Shown piece by piece: positions 55,403 through 64,000 of a stretch of 64,000 nt of DNA; within the stretch, counting starts at the first letter, position 1; each line of letters opens with the position of its first letter. The stretch spans positions 69,880 through 133,879 of the forward strand of contig CAYLQQ010000003.1 of assembly GCA_964386355.1 (NCBI GenBank). The letters run 5' to 3'. The position numbers and the translations under genes were made by a program. The notes beneath the pieces are model-generated. The model made no database searches and was not told the origin of the DNA. It worked only from the letters and a program-made list of their open reading frames with translations. The stretch comes from an uncultured Pseudomonadales bacterium. GTDB lineage: Bacteria > Patescibacteriota > Microgenomatia > UBA1400 > UBA1449.

Positions 55403-56473
55403 CTATTTGAAAACCTTTTTAGTTATATGTTCTAAAGCCACTGCAATCATAAACGAAATTGCGAGTGTAACAATAAATCTGATGCAGAACTGAAAAATAT
55501 CCGATACAGGTAAAATTGGAAATAGTTTATATTTTGAACCTAAATACAAGATCAGCATATGGATTAAGTATATACCGTAGCTTGACTTACCAAGCTTTGA
55601 CGCAAACCGATTGACTATCAGCCAGTGAGGATATTTAAAAAGCAATAAGGCAAGACAAGTAAAAAAGATACTAAACAGGTAGTGTCCGGAGATAATTTCG
55701 AGAGGTAACAGCAGCTGCACAGCTACAAGAATAAAAATACCAAATCCAAATAATAGTATGGTGCGCTTATCTTGATCAGAAATTTGGGATTTTTTCAGAA
55801 TATGAGCCAAAGTCAGACCGACACAAAAGACAGGCAGCTGGGATATGGGAAACAGGTAGCTAAAATCAGACCACAGGGACTGATTTGAAGTAAGAGGATT
55901 TTCCAAGAGAAATAACCGTATACCCTGAGATACTAAAAAACTTACCATAAGCAGTAGGCCTGCTTTTTTTAGATCTGCAAACAGGGGATACAGGAAAGGA
56001 AACAGAAGTGAAAAGAAAATCAGCACAGGAATAAACCAGCTACCGGGGAAAATAATATTAAAAAGCGAAGGTATAAAGCTATTAGCAAAGGTTAAAATTG
56101 CAATTATTTGGGGAATATGTAGCGGTGGGGCATTGATTACCAGCCATATGGCAAGTGTGAGATAGTAAGGCGGAGCGAGTCTTTTTAGGCGATGAAAACA
56201 GAAGTGAAGGTAATTACTCAAACCTACACAGTACTTTTGCCATGATAGACTGAGACTGATGGCGCTGAGAATAAAGAAAACCTGTACTCCCCGCGATCCC
56301 TGGCTGATAAAAGTTTGTACATACGAAGGCAGCACCAGATCTGAAAATGAAGTGCTGTGAAACAGGACAATACCCAGGATTGCCCAGCCTTTGAGCGAGT
56401 CTAATACTACATTTCTACTATTATGCTCGATTAATGGTGGCATAATGAGGAATTTCTGAGCAACCATGCTCAT
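55403..56473 (-). CDS. Acyltransferase family 3 (OafA/YrhL-like) integral membrane acyltransferase
   Basis: 10-11 TM helices with the N-terminal GWAILGIVLFHS-type motif. Confidence 0.6.
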   Translation of the reverse strand: MSMVAQKFLIMPPLIEHNSRNVVLDSLKGWAILGIVLFHSTSFSDLVLPSYVQTFISQGSRGVQVFFILSAISLSLSWQKYCVGLSNYLHFCFHRLKRLAPPYYLTLAIWLVINAPPLHIPQIIAILTFANSFIPSLFNIIFPGSWFIPVLIFFSLLFPFLYPLFADLKKAGLLLMVSFLVSQGIRLFLLENPLTSNQSLWSDFSYLFPISQLPVFCVGLTLAHILKKSQISDQDKRTILLFGFGIFILVAVQLLLPLEIISGHYLFSIFFTCLALLLFKYPHWLIVNRFASKLGKSSYGIYLIHMLILYLGSKYKLFPILPVSDIFQFCIRFIVTLAISFMIAVALEHITKKVFK

Positions 56474-56569
56474 ACCAGCTCTATAGCATTCACAAGCAAA
56501 TAGTTTCTTATATTCCTGTGATGGTTTCTATTCTATAGCTGAGTATAATACAATTAGTATACGGTTACT

Positions 56570-57115
56570 ATGAAAAATTTGAGGTATCCAGTGAATGGGT
56601 ATACTCATGTATATATGGCAGAAAAACAAAGTAAATCCACAGAAGAAAAAGTTACAAGCAAAGAGCCTTCAAAACTGACCAAAATTCGTTATAATCGCAA
56701 GTTTCGTCTAGGATTAATCTTAGTACTTATGGCTATCGTGGCTGTGCTTTTCTTTCTGTGGGAAAAGGCCAGGATAGCTCTGGCAATTGCCTTTGTGGCT
56801 TTGCTGGCTGCTCTTGGTTTGGAAGTATCTCAAAATGATTGGGATCTGGGTAAGCTATGGGAAACTAAATCATTTCAGGAGTCGAAAGTCAGCAGAGATG
56901 AGTCAGGTAATATTCTCTTTGACAAACTGGGCAACATCACCACCGATAGCAGCATAGGTAAAAAAGCAGATGATTACAACTGCGATGATTTTGCTACCCA
57001 GCCTGAGTCTCAGGCATTTTTCCAAAAAGTCGGGGGTGTAGGAAATGATGTCAACCGACTCGATGGAGACAAAGATGGCGAAGCCTGCGAATCGTTACCC
57101 ATAGGAAAAGAATAG
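56570..57115 (+). CDS. Membrane-anchored protein with a C-terminal Excalibur calcium-binding domain
   Basis: [16 protein letters not shown] matches the Excalibur DxDxDGxxCE motif. Single N-terminal TM. Confidence 0.6.
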   Translation: MKNLRYPVNGYTHVYMAEKQSKSTEEKVTSKEPSKLTKIRYNRKFRLGLILVLMAIVAVLFFLWEKARIALAIAFVALLAALGLEVSQNDWDLGKLWETKSFQESKVSRDESGNILFDKLGNITTDSSIGKKADDYNCDDFATQPESQAFFQKVGGVGNDVNRLDGDKDGEACESLPIGKE

Positions 57116-57150
57116 GGATTGATGTAATAAAACTACGCACTTTCTAATCT

Positions 57151-57906
57151 ATGAAACTTGTCATGGCTATTGCGTACGTTATGATGATAGTAGTCAACGC
57201 TTTGGCTAACATTTTGCCGATCAATGGGTTTACTACCGGTGAGGTATCTGACTTGTACCCAAACCTCTTTGCCCCTGCTGGGATCACTTTTTCAATTTGG
57301 GGACTGATCTACCTGCTTCTGGGGGTATATGTGGTGAGCCAGTTTTTAGGCAAAAATAGCCAAGATACAGAGGCGACACGTAAGGTGAACCTATACTTTA
57401 CAATCTCATCAATTATAAACAGTTTCTGGATTCTAGCCTGGCATTACCGGTGGATTGGTTTGACTGTAGTTTTAATGTTGGCTCTGCTTTATTGCTTGAT
57501 TAAAATTGCTGATCTTTCTCACGATATGTCTTTGAATGTATCCGAAAAACTGCTGATCAAAATTCCCTTCGGCGTCTATTTTGGCTGGATCACAGTGGCT
57601 ACCATTGCCAACATCACTGCCTTTTTGGTCAGTATCGGTTGGAAAGATTTCATTTTTCCTGATTATATATGGATGATCATCGTGCTTTTTGTCTGGGTTG
57701 GGATTTCGATCTGGAGGACATGGAAGGATAAAAATCTCGCTTACGGTCTGGTTCCCGTCTGGGCGTACCTGGGGATTTATCTAAAACATACATCTCTGTC
57801 AGGATTTAATGGGCAATATCCACATGTGATCACAGCTGTGATCATTTGCCTGATCATTTTATTAGCTTCAAATGCCTATATGGTCTTTAAAAAGAGGTAT
57901 TTTTAA
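57151..57906 (+). CDS. Trp-rich multi-TM membrane protein, possibly TspO/MBR-related
   Basis: Weak resemblance only (P..I.FSIWGLIYLLLG...W). Confidence 0.3.
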   Translation: MKLVMAIAYVMMIVVNALANILPINGFTTGEVSDLYPNLFAPAGITFSIWGLIYLLLGVYVVSQFLGKNSQDTEATRKVNLYFTISSIINSFWILAWHYRWIGLTVVLMLALLYCLIKIADLSHDMSLNVSEKLLIKIPFGVYFGWITVATIANITAFLVSIGWKDFIFPDYIWMIIVLFVWVGISIWRTWKDKNLAYGLVPVWAYLGIYLKHTSLSGFNGQYPHVITAVIICLIILLASNAYMVFKKRYF

Positions 57907-58195
57907 TCTTTTAAACACATGTTTCGATTATCATGAAGTCATCTTTATTTGTGTAAGATCAGTTTATTGAGATGATGGTAAAAAATACAACTTACAAAAA
58001 CTAAAATATGACAAATGATATACAACCTTGAAAAGATGTAAGTATTTTGGGACTATGAATTATAGATGAGTCATGAACGCCACCCATGTAAAGATGCCAT
58101 TTATTTTTCCCTCTCAGAGACCAGATCTTTAAACTGTTTTTTAGAAGCATATAAAAATCACCTTCAAGGTCCTGTTTATATTCAAAACCATACGG

Positions 58196-58894
58196 GTGAT
58201 GTTAAGTGTCAATCTCCGAAAAAAAATGTGCGAGGCAAGAGCTATAAACCTGCAATCTTACTTTCTTAATCCTTATGCCGACATACATACATACGAATGG
58301 GGCAGGACTATCTGGGCTGAGATCTTTGTTGTTGATCTGCTTAGGAAAGTATATGGAGGTAAGCTAATAGAGAGAGGGTTTCAGGTCATGTTAGCTCAGG
58401 ATACCTTGGACCATTCTTCAAATACTGATCCGATCCAAAAAGGAGCAGATATTATTATTGTTGATACTAAGAACTACTCAAAAACAGCAATAGGAACAGG
58501 AGTGTGTGGTATTGATGTCACAACAGGAGGTAAAAGTATGGTCCGGTGGAAACTACGTGGCAGACCTTCGTTTCAAGCTCAAACAGCCATTCCAGTTTTA
58601 GTCCTGCCAACCAGCAGATTGCTTGCATACTGTGGAGATGATGGGATGAAAGTACTGCATCATATTGATGATTCCAGAAATGTAGTTACAGGTACAGGAG
58701 CAACATCAGTTATGGATGGAATGAATGGGGATACATTTACCGAATGGCAACAGGGAACTAGCTATGCTTTACAGGAAGCTGTGGGTCATTGTTATACAAA
58801 CTTGCAAAAAAATTGGCAAGCTTCTTTAAATGCGTTTGTGTATGGTGATCATGTAATGCGTATGCTTAAAATCACTCAGTCTTTATTTCAGTAA
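58196..58894 (+). CDS. Hypothetical protein
   Basis: ORF of 232 aa; no motif recognised. Confidence 0.3.
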   Translation: MMLSVNLRKKMCEARAINLQSYFLNPYADIHTYEWGRTIWAEIFVVDLLRKVYGGKLIERGFQVMLAQDTLDHSSNTDPIQKGADIIIVDTKNYSKTAIGTGVCGIDVTTGGKSMVRWKLRGRPSFQAQTAIPVLVLPTSRLLAYCGDDGMKVLHHIDDSRNVVTGTGATSVMDGMNGDTFTEWQQGTSYALQEAVGHCYTNLQKNWQASLNAFVYGDHVMRMLKITQSLFQ

Positions 58895-58900
58895 TTTCAT

Positions 58901-59548
58901 TCATCTACAGACTATTCGATCCTTACATGAAGCCGACCCTAACCACGTGTGCGGGTTGCCTTCCCAGCACCAGCCAAGGTTGGGTTGTTTTGCGGAGTTA
59001 ATCCAGATAGCAGGAACACATTTATTATCGGATTTTCGTGAGGCAAGCAGGGAAAAACAGTTGTTTTTGATCAAAAACTCGGGGTAGTGGGTTAGGATAG
59101 CTATTCCCTCATCAATAGATAAGGGAGAGCGGTCTTGTTTTATGATAAATTCAAATGCATCCTTGGGTGCCATATTTAATGTCTCTTCACCTCTGTCTAT
59201 ATCAACTAAAAGGTAGGCTTCACTCTTTGGAGGTTTGATCTTCTCAATATTTGAAAAGTCGGACGATTGGTGGGGGAAAAGTTTGGTGATACCTCTTTTT
59301 CCGTTTTTCTCAACCTTTGACATCATAGTTTCTGAGGGGATTAGATTACTGTTAATCACAATAACAAAGGGTAAGTAGCCTTGTTCTATATCAGGAGCTT
59401 TAAGGTTAAAGGGATTAACTTTTTCTTTCAAAAGTGATATTTGTGACACAAACTGGGATTCACTCATGCCAGCTAAACTCGGGTAGCCTTTGCTGACGAG
59501 ACTAATTATTTGTTTTTGGAATTCGGATTCTGGATCAAAGTCAACCAT
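58901..59548 (-). CDS. Hypothetical protein
   Basis: ORF of 215 aa with a Cys/Trp-rich C-terminus. Confidence 0.3.
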   Translation of the reverse strand: MVDFDPESEFQKQIISLVSKGYPSLAGMSESQFVSQISLLKEKVNPFNLKAPDIEQGYLPFVIVINSNLIPSETMMSKVEKNGKRGITKLFPHQSSDFSNIEKIKPPKSEAYLLVDIDRGEETLNMAPKDAFEFIIKQDRSPLSIDEGIAILTHYPEFLIKNNCFSLLASRKSDNKCVPAIWINSAKQPNLGWCWEGNPHTWLGSASCKDRIVCR

Positions 59549-59659
59549 TCTATGATTTTAGCACTTAGTCATTTTAGTGGTAATAGAATATTTTATTTTG
59601 TAAGATAATAAATCGTAAAACTATCGAAAGAAGGTGGTTTATACTGTTAAAATAAGTGT

Positions 59660-60541
59660 ATGAAACTGAAGGCATACCTTGATCTGCTTCGCGCCCACTT
59701 TATTCCTGCCTGGATTCTCATCTTTACCGCAGGGTATATGACGGCTGTACACTTGTTTGACGGGTTTGATCCAATCACACTAATTAAAGTCATTTTAATA
59801 GCTGTGTTTGGATTTGAGGCTGGGATGGTCTTAAACGATTACGTTGATAGAGACCTAGACAGGAGAGATATTGACAGTTCACTTACCAGATACTTCCGCC
59901 CGTTTAAAACACGACCTCTAGCCAGTGGCGAGCTCAAGCCGGAAATTGCCCTTTATACGTTTATAGTCTTTGCTGCCATCGCATCGGGAATTATTCTCAT
60001 GCTTCCATCTCCCCACCGCTGGTACGTTATGGTCATCATGGTCTACTCGTATGTGGTTGAGTACTTTTATCAGGTTAAAAAACGTAGGCAGTCTTTTCCT
60101 TGGGCACAGCTTATCGGTAGGACTGACTTCTCACTCTTTCCGGTTGCCGGCTACCTGGTTCTTGCCAAGCCTGACCTGAATGTACTTATGTACTTTCTCT
60201 ACTTTTATCCGCTAGCTCAAGCTCACCTAGCGGTCAATGATCTGGCCGATCTGGAAAACGATAAAGTACGCAAGCTTCAGTCTGTACCAATCTTATGGGG
60301 AGTAAAGGGGACTGTGTGGTGGATTATCCTGTTTATCTTAGCACATATTATTACGGCAAGTACATTTGTATTACAAGTAAATCCAGCAGCTTTACCAGGT
60401 TTTATCATTAGTTTTATCATTTTGCTATTTGCTGCTGCTTCAATATATCGCAAATCAATTCCATTAGTGTCCCTAAAGGTGCTTCCGTTGGTACATCTGT
60501 GTATGGCAATCCAAGCGATTGCACTTATATTCTTAAAATAA
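59660..60541 (+). CDS. UbiA-family prenyltransferase
   Basis: NDYVDRDLDRRD and NDLADLENDK Asp-rich motifs in an 8-9-TM protein. Confidence 0.75.
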   Translation: MKLKAYLDLLRAHFIPAWILIFTAGYMTAVHLFDGFDPITLIKVILIAVFGFEAGMVLNDYVDRDLDRRDIDSSLTRYFRPFKTRPLASGELKPEIALYTFIVFAAIASGIILMLPSPHRWYVMVIMVYSYVVEYFYQVKKRRQSFPWAQLIGRTDFSLFPVAGYLVLAKPDLNVLMYFLYFYPLAQAHLAVNDLADLENDKVRKLQSVPILWGVKGTVWWIILFILAHIITASTFVLQVNPAALPGFIISFIILLFAAASIYRKSIPLVSLKVLPLVHLCMAIQAIALIFLK

Positions 60542-60563
60542 TACGTTAATCTCTTATAGATTT

Positions 60564-60905
60564 ATGCAAACCATTGATGAGTATATTAAACAGTTTTTTC
60601 CATCCCTACGAACACAGCTTGAGTTATTGCGAAAAACTATTCTGGAGGTAGCACCTCAAGCCACTGAAGCTATCAAGTATGGGATGCCTACGTTTGTACT
60701 AAGGGATAATTTAGTCCACTTCGCAGCATATAAAAGCCATATCGGGTTGTATCCGGCACCATCTGCAATTGAGGCATTTAATGAAGAACTGAAACCATAT
60801 AAAACCTCAAAAGGTGCCATCCAGTTTCCTATAAACCAACCTTTACCGTTAGATATCATCCGCAGGATAGTTGAGTTTCGGGTCAGGGAACAGCTTGGCA
60901 AGTAA
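60564..60905 (+). CDS. DUF1801 (YdhG-like) domain protein
   Basis: The pattern ...EAIKYGMPTF.....LVHFAAYKSHIGLYP fits the DUF1801 family. Confidence 0.55.
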   Translation: MQTIDEYIKQFFPSLRTQLELLRKTILEVAPQATEAIKYGMPTFVLRDNLVHFAAYKSHIGLYPAPSAIEAFNEELKPYKTSKGAIQFPINQPLPLDIIRRIVEFRVREQLGK

Positions 60906-60949
60906 TATTGATTGTAAATAATAATCATTGGGAGTAGTACCATATAGCC

Positions 60950-61573
60950 ATGACTATCAAGCAACTCTACCGAGAGTACCAAATACCTAAAAACCTTCAG
61001 GAGCATATGCTGCGGGTGGCAGCTCTGGCTCAGATCATTTGTGAAAATTGGAACGAGGATATTGATAGTGATGCGGTCGTTAAAGCCTGTTGTCTGCATG
61101 ATATAGCCAAGCCAATGACGTTTGATATAGGGAAGCAAGCTCAATTCGGGATGGCAACAGAGGATATTGCTAAACTCAATAAACTTCAGAAACGACTGAA
61201 AAAGGGATATGGAGATGATGAGTATAAAGCTACGTTCGGGATTTGCAAGGAAGTTGGGTGTAATGCTTCAACACTAAATATTATAAGAAGATTGGAATGG
61301 GATTATACACCCCAATTACTTCACGAAAATTATAGGGAAGGGCTAATTTTCATTTACTGTGATATGCGGATCGGGCCTGATGGCATTTTACCTGTACAGG
61401 AACGAATACATGAGTGCCATGCCCGTACTCAAAGTTATTTGCTCGATACCTATCTTCACTATAGCAGTTTAGTCGAGCCAGAAATTGTAAAGCAAGTTCG
61501 AGTGGATGTACTTTCCATAACTGATCAGGACTTGTATGACAGGTTTGGTATGCTTTTAGATACAAAGATTTAA
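60950..61573 (+). CDS. HD-domain protein
   Basis: HML...CCLHDIAKP matches an H..HD motif. Confidence 0.5.
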   Translation: MTIKQLYREYQIPKNLQEHMLRVAALAQIICENWNEDIDSDAVVKACCLHDIAKPMTFDIGKQAQFGMATEDIAKLNKLQKRLKKGYGDDEYKATFGICKEVGCNASTLNIIRRLEWDYTPQLLHENYREGLIFIYCDMRIGPDGILPVQERIHECHARTQSYLLDTYLHYSSLVEPEIVKQVRVDVLSITDQDLYDRFGMLLDTKI

Positions 61574-61671
61574 CCAATATTCTCCCCATTTTCGAGTACT
61601 CAGAACTGATGTTACTATAAAATGTATAAAATACTTTACAAAAAGAATAAAATGTTATACATTTATAGTAT

Positions 61672-62067
61672 ATGAACATCAAACAGTACAAACAAGTCAG
61701 GGTAGTGGTTGCTCTTTTTATCTCATTCATTGTTGCATCTGCGCTCACCCGTGATAGTAACCTTTTGGCAATTATTGCGGTTTTTACTGGCATGCTGTTT
61801 ATGACGGTTGCCCGTAAACGTACCAAGATCATGGTTGATGAGCGAGAGAAGACAATCAGGGAGAAAGCAGCCCAGATGACATATGCTATCTTTACTCCTA
61901 CGATTGGCCTGGGTTCATTCTTTCTGTTTATTTTAAGCTCCCGCAATCCGTACCCCTTCCTATTCTCACTGGGTCAGGTTTTGGCATATTTAACATTATT
62001 TATCCTAGCTCTGTACTCGATTTTGTATCATTTCCTAAACCGGAAGTATGGAGGTTCGGATGAATAA
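61672..62067 (+). CDS. Membrane protein of the kind commonly paired with YozG-like XRE regulators (DUF2178-like)
   Basis: Four TM; its 3' end overlaps the downstream HTH gene. Confidence 0.4.
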   Translation: MNIKQYKQVRVVVALFISFIVASALTRDSNLLAIIAVFTGMLFMTVARKRTKIMVDEREKTIREKAAQMTYAIFTPTIGLGSFFLFILSSRNPYPFLFSLGQVLAYLTLFILALYSILYHFLNRKYGGSDE

Positions 62068-62269
62068 TAAGATCAAGGTCTTGCGGGCAATACACGACCT
62101 AACTCAGGAGCAACTGGCAGAGAAACTGGGAGTGAGCCGGCAGACGGTTTTAGCAATTGAAGCTAATAAATACCTGCCTTCACTGGGGTTGGCATTTAAG
62201 ATCGCCAGGCTCTTTGCGGTCCCTATCGAAGATATATTTATATATGAGGAGGCGTATGAAGATCAGTAA
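62048..62269 (+). CDS. XRE-family HTH transcriptional regulator (YozG-like)
   Basis: LTQEQLAEKLGVSRQTVLAIEANKYLPSLGLAFKIARLF. Confidence 0.8.
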   Translation: MEVRMNNKIKVLRAIHDLTQEQLAEKLGVSRQTVLAIEANKYLPSLGLAFKIARLFAVPIEDIFIYEEAYEDQ

Positions 62270-62672
62270 ACTCAAACAGTTTCTTATGTATGCATTTGCG
62301 CTTGGGGCAAGCAGCGCTTTATTCTTGTTTATTATTAGTTGTGTCTGGATAGAATTTGAAGTGAAACAGCAGTGCTTTACTGCCAAACAGGAATATAAAG
62401 GGGATTGTGTAGAAGCACTTACTGCAGTCTTGAGGGATGAAAGTAAACCTTACGGGCAGCGAAACTCTGCCATTTGGGCTTTGGGGCAGCTGGGGGATAG
62501 CCGGGCGCTTCCAGTTATGGAAACGTATTACACAGGTAATATACCGGCTCGTGAACCTTGGGATGGAGTGATGAGCCAGTATGAACTGAAAAAAGCGATC
62601 AACTTAGCAAGGGGCGGGACGAACATCGGGGCGTGGGTGTGGAGATATGATATTGATGACAAATTACCTTAA
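62256..62672 (+). CDS. HEAT-repeat (PBS-lyase type) protein with an N-terminal TM
   Basis: AIWALGQLGDSRALPVM repeat signature. The start is moved to MKISKLKQ because the listed ORF start overlaps the HTH gene. Confidence 0.45.
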   Translation: MKISKLKQFLMYAFALGASSALFLFIISCVWIEFEVKQQCFTAKQEYKGDCVEALTAVLRDESKPYGQRNSAIWALGQLGDSRALPVMETYYTGNIPAREPWDGVMSQYELKKAINLARGGTNIGAWVWRYDIDDKLP

Positions 62673-63163
62673 TACTTTTTCAGCAAGCTTTCCATAACTG
62701 CAATTTCTTTCTGTTGAGACTCAATTATTTGGGTGCATAGCTGTTGGATCTGGGGATCAGTCAGGTCTGACCGTTCACACATGAGGATGGCGCCTGAGTG
62801 GTGAGGGATCATGGAAACAAGAAACTGCTTATCACTTATCAAAGTTTGATTACGGATAAACAGAAAAAAGACGACAAAAAGGATTAAACTTCCCCAAAAA
62901 ATCAGCTTCTTGCCCATGGTGTTTTTATACATAGACCCCATGAGGAGTATTTCTAAAGCCAGCATTGGTGCGGTCATGATGGCAGCCATATATGCCTGAT
63001 TGAGACTAGGAAGTACACTTGACCAGCTATTCACCATAGAGAACATCAGCATATACATGATCAGAAAATGGAACAAACCCATAGCCAGTAGGCGGTTAAG
63101 GCTCATAGTGTGCATACAGCTAGGATATAGTTCTTTGGTAATAAATCCTGAAGGTGCAAGCAA
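62669..63163 (-). CDS. DUF305-family protein
   Basis: MIPHHSGAILM and EIAVMESLL match DUF305 conserved blocks. Confidence 0.6.
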   Translation of the reverse strand: MLAPSGFITKELYPSCMHTMSLNRLLAMGLFHFLIMYMLMFSMVNSWSSVLPSLNQAYMAAIMTAPMLALEILLMGSMYKNTMGKKLIFWGSLILFVVFFLFIRNQTLISDKQFLVSMIPHHSGAILMCERSDLTDPQIQQLCTQIIESQQKEIAVMESLLKKY

Positions 63164-63180
63164 GCAAGAAGCAAGAGTAT

Positions 63181-63208
63181 AAAAACCCCCGGCCAGGAGC
63201 CGGGGGTA
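63181..63208 (-). terminator. Rho-independent terminator for the minus-strand gene ending at 63232
   Basis: CCCCCGGC-cagga-GCCGGGGG stem; on the minus strand it is followed by TTTTTAT. Confidence 0.55.
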
Positions 63209-63231
63209 ATAAGAAACATGTGTGGTCTAGA

Positions 63232-64000
63232 CTACTCTTCCGGTGTAGGTTCAGGCTCAGTAGTCGGAGAAACCTGAGGGGAAGCCGAAGCCGTTGGCCT
63301 TGCAGTTGGCGAGACCTTGACAGTCGGACTGGCAGAGGGCTTTGCTGATGCAGTTGCTGAACTAGAAGGCTTAGGTAGGGCACTGGCAGAAGCGCTGGGA
63401 ACTGCAATCGGGTTTTTGGTTAGTATCCCAGTAGCTTTGCCAGGAATAATGTGTATCCTAAAAGCCAAAAGACCTAGCTCATTCTGGGTACCAGCAGCGG
63501 CTACCCGCATGCCAACTGCCAATTGGGCAGAACCGCTAGCTTCACCGCCCTTGCCAGACACAAGCGTATTGGCGTTATAGTAGACAGTAAAGGTTCTGTC
63601 TCTTTGGATCTGGTGAACTAAGGTAATCGTGTCTTCACTGACTGCAGTGATAATGCCTGAAACAGCGTTTCGTTTGAGAACTGCACTGCCGCTTGCCTGG
63701 TAGGCATAGGTTTTAGTAATTTTAAGTTTTTTTGCAGCTGCACTCCCCGTACTTTCTGATGAGGAGAGTTGTAATAGTTTAGCAGCACCGACCTTTTCTG
63801 ATTTTTGTACTGTCTTTTTGGCTGTTACAAAGGTTTTAACTTCTTTTTCCAGAGTTGCTTTGGATTTGGGAGTAGGACTGGCTTCTGCTTTTTTAGCTAC
63901 TGCAGCTTTGGTCGCTTTGGGTTCCTGAGTAGGTTTGCCTGTAACTTTTTCAGCTTGTTGGGCGTTAACTTCAGCGACTTTGGGATTTTTATTTGTTTTA
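63232..64000 (-). CDS. Partial CDS (N-terminus outside window): K/A-rich protein with a P/T/S/A-rich low-complexity C-terminus
   Basis: The minus-strand frame stays open from 63232 to the window edge. The listed 109-aa ORF is its C-terminal part. The region is locally GC-rich. Confidence 0.4.
   Translation of the reverse strand, partial: KTNKNPKVAEVNAQQAEKVTGKPTQEPKATKAAVAKKAEASPTPKSKATLEKEVKTFVTAKKTVQKSEKVGAAKLLQLSSSESTGSAAAKKLKITKTYAYQASGSAVLKRNAVSGIITAVSEDTITLVHQIQRDRTFTVYYNANTLVSGKGGEASGSAQLAVGMRVAAAGTQNELGLLAFRIHIIPGKATGILTKNPIAVPSASASALPKPSSSATASAKPSASPTVKVSPTARPTASASPQVSPTTEPEPTPEE

Noticed and set aside
62157-62255. 5' extension of ORF 62157..62672
   Set aside because: It overlaps the XRE HTH gene (62048-62269) in another frame; the internal Met at 62256 gives a sensible TM plus HEAT-repeat protein.
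63120-63580. Plus-strand ORFs 63154..63348 and 63317..63580 and minus-strand ORF 63120..63407 in the GC-rich terminal region
   Set aside because: They are explained by the low-complexity P/T/S/A-rich coding region of the minus-strand gene (frame 63232..64000). Their translations are Arg/Leu-rich, as expected for off-frame reads of GC-rich DNA.

Overview
Low-GC bacterial chromosome segment, read by eye from the sequence and the ORF track. The compact gene organisation resembles a Patescibacteria/CPR-type genome (inference only). The window spans the replication-origin neighbourhood: rpmH-rnpA-yidC-jag on the + strand and dnaA-dnaN divergently on the - strand, with DnaA boxes in both flanking intergenic regions. 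Further housekeeping genes follow: rnhA, rplY, uppS, smpB with a tmRNA gene I located by hand, comFC, nagB, malQ, dnaG-rpoD, rsgA, a UbiA prenyltransferase and others. Accessory content is concentrated at 25-41 kb. This is a tRNA-rich zone with three tRNA-Ser genes, two tRNA-Arg genes, one tRNA-like remnant and many short degenerate copies of tRNA-Ser 5' ends. It also holds a roughly 4.5-kb integrated element at the tRNA-Ser(GGA) 3' end that encodes a large serine recombinase and an HUH rolling-circle Rep. Next to that element lie a PrimPol(AEP)-SF2 helicase fusion, a DUF4143 AAA ATPase and a DnaQ-exonuclease/GIY-YIG (Cho-like) nuclease. Other notable items: a split tRNA-Asn(GUU) carrying a candidate ~312-nt group I intron in the anticodon loop; a 22-23-nt direct repeat flanking a CaCA antiporter gene; three independent (heptanucleotide)x4 tandem repeats, two of them inside coding sequences; a VirB4-like ATPase at the left edge; two VirB2/TrbC-like pilin-fold proteins, one with a large Cys/NxS/T-rich ectodomain; and a 1038-aa epimerase-TM-ectodomain fusion protein. 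No CRISPR array and no rRNA were seen.
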